A stretch of DNA of 37,904 nt. Origin: a virus (lineage: Duplodnaviria; Caudoviricetes). Each line of letters opens with the position of its first letter. Within the stretch, counting starts at the first letter, position 1. Below the pieces are notes generated by a model. It had not been told where the DNA came from. It ran no database searches and was given only the letters and a program-made list of their open reading frames with translations. A program made the translations under genes and the position numbers. This document shows positions 32,572-37,904 of the stretch, one piece after another. The DNA is taken from IMG/VR virus record IMGVR_UViG_3300032301_000607, positions 1 to 37,904 of that record. The stretch is one strand, 5' to 3'.

Positions 32572-34962
32572 ATGGCATCCAACATTGATATTCTTTTAGA
32601 CAAGTCTGGTGGTCTATTGCCCGGCGGAGCCGCCCCCTATGGAGTGTTGCCCTCCTTTACTCGAAACGATGTTTATCCCTTTAGGATTAGGGTGTTGGAG
32701 CGAAACGCAAGTGGGGCATATACTGATGCGGTTTTGTCCTCTCCATCATTTAGTCTTGGCATTGGAAACATTGACTCAATCCCAACAGACGGACAATTCA
32801 AGCTAACCACCACAACTGGTACATCCAACGCAATCTCTTTTAATGCAACAACTGCTCAAGTATTAAATGCCGTATCTGCGATTGCTGGTAATGTTACTGT
32901 AACCACCTATGGCTCTAGCGAGGGTTCTTGGATTATTACGGCGGCAACGGCAAACACCGCCTTGTCTTTTGGGGGGCTTTCATTCACGCTGTTCCCAACC
33001 TCGGCAATTCAGATCAATACACGCCGTGCCCCAACTGCCTCTGTTTTTGCCCAGCAAATCATCTCGCTTGGTCGTAGCCCAGCGGTGTTTGCAGATTCAT
33101 TTTCTTCCGTCTCAGGTGACGGTATTGCACTAACAAAACTACAAGATGGCTCATCGACAACCAACGAAACCTACGCCCTTTCGATTGGCAACGATGTTTA
33201 TGGTGGCTCGTATTCGTTGGCCTATGGTGGTTTTTCGGTGGGCATTGATTACAGTCAGACAGCTTCAAATGTAGCCACAATTCTTTCTGCAATTACTGGC
33301 ATCGGCCCTAGCAATATCTCCGTTCAGAGCGACTCAAAGCGTGGTCTGATTATCTCCTTTGTAAATGCTCTTGGATTGCAGAATGTATCGACTGAACTCA
33401 CGCTGGATGCCTCTGGAATCCAAGTCTATAACTGGTACACGGCCACAGTAACAATATCCACAAGCGAGATTAAGGAGTTGTTCAACGAGGCTGGGACAGA
33501 CACCATCACCCCTACACTAGAAATTGAAATGACGGAAAGTGGGCAAGCAAAAACTCTCCTGCAATATACCACCTCAATCAGCAAAGATTTAATTTTGACT
33601 GGTGCATTAGTCCCCGCAGACTTAGCTCTCTATTATACACAAGCACAATCTAATACTCTTTTTCCCTCGAAAACATCTATTAGCGCAAGCTATTATACAA
33701 AGACTGAGGGAGATGCCAGATATACAACTAACACGGCAATATCTGGAAGCTATTATACAAAGACTGAAGGAGATGCCAGATATACAACTAACACGGCAAT
33801 ATCTGGAAGCTATTATACAAAGACTGAAGGAGATGCCAGATATACAACTAACACGGCAATATCTGGAAGCTATTATACAAAGACTGAATCTACAAATCTA
33901 TTTATTCAAAACACCACAGGCAATGTTAATGCAACCTGTCGATCACTCATAAACTCGGCGGCAGTTACTATTTTTAATTACGAGACAGGTTTGATTGGAT
34001 ATAGTGGAGCACTTCAAGTTCCAACTTCTTTAGCCTCTGCAATTACAATCCAAACAAATCTTTCTGTTTCTGGTTCTGGATCATTTAACGCTATTTGCTC
34101 ATCATCAATTACAGCATATAGCATAAATGTTGTTAGCTCAGTAACTATATCTGGAAATTTAACTGTAATTGGTGCTATTAGCGCAAGTTCTCTCAGCTTC
34201 AATACTGCTAGCTTTGTTCTCGACTCTCCTCTGAATGTAAATGCTTCAGGCAGAAGCCTTAATAATGGTGCAACAACAAAACTTTCTTATAGTTCTAACA
34301 TACTAATATATCCAGATTTATATTGTGTGTCTAATGTGTCGGTATGCGGCGGACTCCTTGTTCACGATAATTCTAGTTTTTTGTCTAGCGTAATAATAAA
34401 TCCAGAGCTTACAGTAAGGGACAACATTAACATTGTCTGCGGAGGACTTAGTTGTGTTAGCGGGAGCATATCTGCGCTTGGGATAAATGTTGGAACAGGT
34501 GGAATTAACAATAGTGGAAATGAGCTTATTTCTGGAAATCTTGTTGTTTGTGGAAATGTGTCTTTTAATAGTGTGTGCCTGATAAATACTCTAAGTGTTT
34601 CAAGTGTCTCAAGCTACCAAATGTCAGCAATCACTATTACGACAACAGCGCTTTCAGCGGGAACTATTTCAACTTCTTGCCTTAATGTAACTTCTGGATT
34701 TCGCTTTGGGTCAGTATCTGGGGGAGCTTGTACATATGGAGTATATACAATTTCATCGAATATTCCAAATCTAACTAGCATAACTTGGCAAGCTCTAAAA
34801 GTTTGCTCAAACGGAAACCCCGCGACAATGTATGTATTGTCTGGGGGGGCGACAGCCCCAACCTTTTCTATTGGCTACGACAACGACCTGCGGGAAGTGG
34901 TTAGAAATGTTCTAACCGCTTTTGGGAAACCGCATTTTGGCTTTTTGAATGTGACAACCTAG
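32572..34962 (+). CDS. Tail fibre/receptor-binding protein 1
   Basis: About 355-aa N terminus shared with the next gene, YYTK.E.D repeats, Ser/Asn/Gly-rich beta C terminus. Confidence 0.75.
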   Translation: MASNIDILLDKSGGLLPGGAAPYGVLPSFTRNDVYPFRIRVLERNASGAYTDAVLSSPSFSLGIGNIDSIPTDGQFKLTTTTGTSNAISFNATTAQVLNAVSAIAGNVTVTTYGSSEGSWIITAATANTALSFGGLSFTLFPTSAIQINTRRAPTASVFAQQIISLGRSPAVFADSFSSVSGDGIALTKLQDGSSTTNETYALSIGNDVYGGSYSLAYGGFSVGIDYSQTASNVATILSAITGIGPSNISVQSDSKRGLIISFVNALGLQNVSTELTLDASGIQVYNWYTATVTISTSEIKELFNEAGTDTITPTLEIEMTESGQAKTLLQYTTSISKDLILTGALVPADLALYYTQAQSNTLFPSKTSISASYYTKTEGDARYTTNTAISGSYYTKTEGDARYTTNTAISGSYYTKTEGDARYTTNTAISGSYYTKTESTNLFIQNTTGNVNATCRSLINSAAVTIFNYETGLIGYSGALQVPTSLASAITIQTNLSVSGSGSFNAICSSSITAYSINVVSSVTISGNLTVIGAISASSLSFNTASFVLDSPLNVNASGRSLNNGATTKLSYSSNILIYPDLYCVSNVSVCGGLLVHDNSSFLSSVIINPELTVRDNINIVCGGLSCVSGSISALGINVGTGGINNSGNELISGNLVVCGNVSFNSVCLINTLSVSSVSSYQMSAITITTTALSAGTISTSCLNVTSGFRFGSVSGGACTYGVYTISSNIPNLTSITWQALKVCSNGNPATMYVLSGGATAPTFSIGYDNDLREVVRNVLTAFGKPHFGFLNVTT
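33687..33888 (+). repeat. 60-bp in-frame tandem repeat, about 3.4 copies
   Basis: Unit encodes SYYTKTEGDARYTTNTAISG; one mismatch among the copies. Confidence 0.97.
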
Positions 34963-34969
34963 CATCTCT

Positions 34970-36591
34970 ATGGCCTCAACAATCGACATATTTCTGGACA
35001 AAGCGGGTGGCCTTATTGCTGGCGGGGTAGCCCCATTTAGTTCTTTACCAACATTCTTTAGAAACGACTCTTACTTATTTAGGTTGAGAGTCCTTGAAAG
35101 AAACAGCAACGACTCATACACTGACGCCGTCTTGTCCTCCCCCTCCTTTGCTCTTGGAATTGGAGACATTGATTCGCTTCCAACCGAGGGGCAATTTAAG
35201 CTAACCACTACGACCGGAACCTCTACCGCAATTTCATTCAACGCTACTACGGCTCAAATTTTAACAGCCGTAAGTAATATTGCTGGGAATGTTTCAGTTG
35301 CAACATACGGCGATAGCGGTTCAGCGTGGATTATCACCGCGGCTACTGCAAACACAGCACTTAGCTTTGGAGCTTTGCCATTCACCCTGTTCCCATCATC
35401 AACAGTTCAGATTCAAACGAGGCGAGCACCTACCGCTTCTATTTTTGCCCAGCAGATTATTTCCCTAAGCCAAAGCCCAGCAGTTTTCTCAGACTCCTTT
35501 ACTTTGGTATCTGGCTCGGGAGTTGCACTAACAAAAATACAAGACGGCTCCACGACATTGAATGAGACCTACGCTCTCACTATTGGCAACGATGTTTATG
35601 GTGGCTCATATACTTTGGCGTATGGCGGCTATTCCGTTGGGATTCCTTACGATCAAAACTCAACCAATGTAACCACATTGCTTTCGGCGATAACTGGAAT
35701 TGGTGCAGGAAACATCTCCGTAGTTAGCGATTCAAAGAGGGGATTGATCATATCTTTCGTTAACGCTCTCGGATTGCAAAATGTAACCACACCACTTCAA
35801 TTAGATTCTACTGGGGTACAAGCATACAGCTATTACACCTCTACTGTTACTATGTCCACAAGCGAGCTAGAGGAATTATTTAACGAAGCTGGCACAGACA
35901 CTATCACTCCTACCCTAGAGATTGAAATGACTGAGAATGGTCAGACAAAAACTCTCCTGCAATATACCACTTCAATCAGCAAAGATTTAATTTTGACTGG
36001 TGCTCTAGTCCCCGCTGATTTGGCTCTGTACTATACCAAGGCACAAGTGGACGCTGGATTCATCGCCGATTCTGCTACAAATGTAAATGCGACCAATCGA
36101 GCATTAAAATCTTCTAGCGGAGTTACTGCCGTAAATTATGGTGGTCGCACCCTAGTAAATAGTGCTGGTTCAAATGTAGTTAGCTTTTCTACTGGCCTTG
36201 CCTTTTCTGGCGTAATGGGTTTTTATGGCAACACCCCAACCGCGCAACCCGCAAACATCAATGTTGTTTCTGGCCTAATCAATACTGGCCTAATTGCAAG
36301 TGGGGTGAGCTACGGAGTTCTCCGCAATCTTCCTATACCGTCACCACCCTTACCTCCGTCACCTTTGGAACATTGACGAGCAACGATCAGCATTATCGGG
36401 ATGTAGTTGTGACTGGTGCGGCAGTAAATGATATTGTTTTGGTTGGATTGCCATCAGCAATTTCAGCGGGTGTAATTATTCAGGGCGTAGTTTATAAGAC
36501 CAATACTGTCTGTTTATCTTGTGTAAATGCAGATAATGTTTCTAGGGATGTAAACACCGCAACCTACCGCATCACCGTCATTGGGTATTAA
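34970..36591 (+). CDS. Tail fibre/receptor-binding protein 2, frameshifted near 36320
   Basis: Paralog of fibre 1; frame 0 turns Pro-rich after GVL, while the -1 frame gives PQSSYTVTTLTSVTFG and runs into ORF 36373-36591. Confidence 0.7.
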
Positions 36592-36619
36592 CTTGGGGCT
36601 AGTCCCTTAAAGAAATCCT

Positions 36620-37183
36620 ATGGGCAAAGTTTTATTTCCGGCATATTTTCCACTTATAGAAAATGAGCCTTGTGATTCAATAGAAGGTTGGGGGGGGCTG
36701 TCTCTTGAAATGGCGATGGCCGCCTATTGGAAAGTAAAAAGTTGGCAAGTATCATTTGGCTTTACATATCCAGATGAAGACCTTGCTAACAAAACAGTAA
36801 GTCAAACATTCAGCGTAACATCGCCCGATTACGGAGTTGCAATAACCGCAGAGGAGCAGCTTGTCTGTGACAACGGATTAAAAACTTGGGATTTTGATAT
36901 TCCAGAACCTCCTCCGGGTATTGTAAGTGCTCTTACTAATGCATATTTCAGTATGACAAGTTATTCTTGGGAATTTTATTCTGACTACACTGAGTTTGGT
37001 GAGTTAATTTTCCCCTATACCACAAGCGAAACGCCGCCAAGTTATATTCTCCCAATTACCATAACCATCGGAAATTTAACTACAACCCTTCAAGCCGCCG
37101 GCTTTGGTGGTGGTGGTGGAAGCAATCCGGGAAGCGGAAGTGGCTCAATTACAGCGATTGAATTTTGGCCTTATTCAGATTGA
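36620..37183 (+). CDS. Acidic hypothetical tail-associated protein
   Basis: ORF with an LSLEMAMAAYWKVKSW motif and a YSD end. Confidence 0.6.
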   Translation: MGKVLFPAYFPLIENEPCDSIEGWGGLSLEMAMAAYWKVKSWQVSFGFTYPDEDLANKTVSQTFSVTSPDYGVAITAEEQLVCDNGLKTWDFDIPEPPPGIVSALTNAYFSMTSYSWEFYSDYTEFGELIFPYTTSETPPSYILPITITIGNLTTTLQAAGFGGGGGSNPGSGSGSITAIEFWPYSD

Positions 37184-37189
37184 TCTATT

Positions 37190-37411
37190 ATGAGTTGTTG
37201 CCGTGGCATCGTAAAATCCGTAGCTCACATTTTGGCCAAAGAAACCCTAAGAAAAGACAGGTTACATATATGCAGAAAATGTGAATTTTTTGTTGGTAAC
37301 TTCTGTAAGAAGTGTAAATGTTTTATGCCGGTAAAGACAAGATTAGCAATTAGCAAATGCCCGATTGGGAAATGGGATAGCGAACCCTTGACACCCCCCC
37401 AAGCAGTATGA
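37190..37411 (+). CDS. Small Cys-rich protein (DUF6171-like)
   Basis: R..IC..C...C..C.CF...K......CPIGKW. Confidence 0.7.
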   Translation: MSCCRGIVKSVAHILAKETLRKDRLHICRKCEFFVGNFCKKCKCFMPVKTRLAISKCPIGKWDSEPLTPPQAV

Positions 37412-37578
37412 ACCAACTTCTTTCATTCATTCAGACGCAGGACTTGTTTGCTTGGCTTGGAGCATTGACCGCCCTCCTGACTGCGGCGATTGCTATTTGT
37501 GCATTGATACCCGGTGACGAGCCGGAGGCCACGCTAACTAAGATCGTTTCGTTCCTATCGAAGTTTTCTAGGAAATAA
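37408..37578 (+). CDS. Holin-like membrane protein, 56 aa (not in ORF track)
   Basis: MNQLLSFIQTQDLFAWLGALTALLTAAIAICALIPGDEPEATLTKIVSFLSKFSRK. Confidence 0.6.
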   Translation: MNQLLSFIQTQDLFAWLGALTALLTAAIAICALIPGDEPEATLTKIVSFLSKFSRK

Positions 37579-37580
37579 CA

Positions 37581-37742
37581 ATGTGGGAGGCCATTCTCGC
37601 CTCGCTCGCTGGACTAATTGGAATCATTGCTTGGTGGACAAAAAACCGAGCCAAGACAAGAAAAGAACGAGACGATGAAGAGATTGCCTACAACCGCCGT
37701 CTGCGAGATGCGGAAGTGGATTCTTGGATTCATCGCAACTAG
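37581..37742 (+). CDS. i-spanin-like protein, 53 aa (not in ORF track)
   Basis: N-terminal TM MWEAILASLAGLIGIIAWW plus a charged helix; overlaps the lipoprotein gene. Confidence 0.55.
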   Translation: MWEAILASLAGLIGIIAWWTKNRAKTRKERDDEEIAYNRRLRDAEVDSWIHRN

Positions 37743-37904
37743 CTTTCTCCTTTGTGGGTGCGTAACCACTCGCCCTTACGACATTGGCCAAGTCCCAAAC
37801 CAAGATTCAATTACCGACTACATTATGCGGTGGGACAAGCTCGACCGAACCAAAGCAACCCCAGAAGAATACAGACAGCTTTTTGGGCAATCGCTCAAAA
37901 CGAT
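37708..37904 (+). CDS. o-spanin-like lipoprotein, 5' part (continues to 104)
   Basis: MRKWILGFIATSFLLCGC lipobox; starts inside the i-spanin-like gene in another frame. Confidence 0.7.
   Translation, partial: MRKWILGFIATSFLLCGCVTTRPYDIGQVPNQDSITDYIMRWDKLDRTKATPEEYRQLFGQSLKT
37853..37904. repeat. Terminal direct repeat, right copy
   Basis: Identical to 1-52. Confidence 0.97.

Noticed and set aside
33687-33888. CRISPR array
   Set aside because: Head-to-tail 60-bp units without unique spacers, in frame within a fibre gene.
36217-36223. G GGT TTT as a programmed frameshift joining fibre 2 to its C terminus
   Set aside because: The -1 frame is open but gives an implausible Trp/Cys-rich stretch, while frame 0 stays fibre-like (GFYGNTPTAQP) until about 36320; an indel there is simpler.
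32572-36591. Diversity-generating retroelement or invertible fibre switch
   Set aside because: No reverse transcriptase or invertase recognised; differences are not adenine-specific and both genes face the same way.
37853-37904. 52-bp repeat as a biological terminal repeat
   Set aside because: It falls inside a lipoprotein ORF, far from the terminase region; best explained as circular assembly overlap.
1-37904. Lysogeny module and a specific host assignment
   Set aside because: No integrase, divergent repressor or att site was recognised; the sequence supports only a Gram-negative host, through the spanin-like genes.

Overview
The window is an apparently complete circular tailed dsDNA phage genome of about 37,852 bp. 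Bases 1-52 repeat at 37853-37904, and a lipoprotein ORF reads across the join. All credible genes are on the + strand. Order: endolysin and nucleotide/phosphoesterase genes; early recombination and replication genes (minimal ligase, nuclease, annealing protein, initiator with internal origin, DnaC-like ATPase, two-frame C5 methyltransferase); a phased A-tract spacer; ParB-like and Mom-like DNA-modification genes; lambda-like terminase, portal and capsid; a glycosyltransferase/methyltransferase cassette inside the virion module; short siphovirus tail genes with a -1 frameshifted chaperone; duplicated tail fibres; holin and spanins, implying a Gram-negative host. I recognised no integrase or repressor. 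The top finding is a 76-nt CCA-ending tRNA-Gly(TCC)-like element embedded in the 3' end of the mom-like gene. It keeps GlyRS identity elements but has features expected to exclude it from translation, so it may be a dedicated glycine donor for DNA hypermodification. A recurrent TTGACA-N13-17-ATG signal precedes late genes. All calls come from reading motifs by eye; no searches were run.
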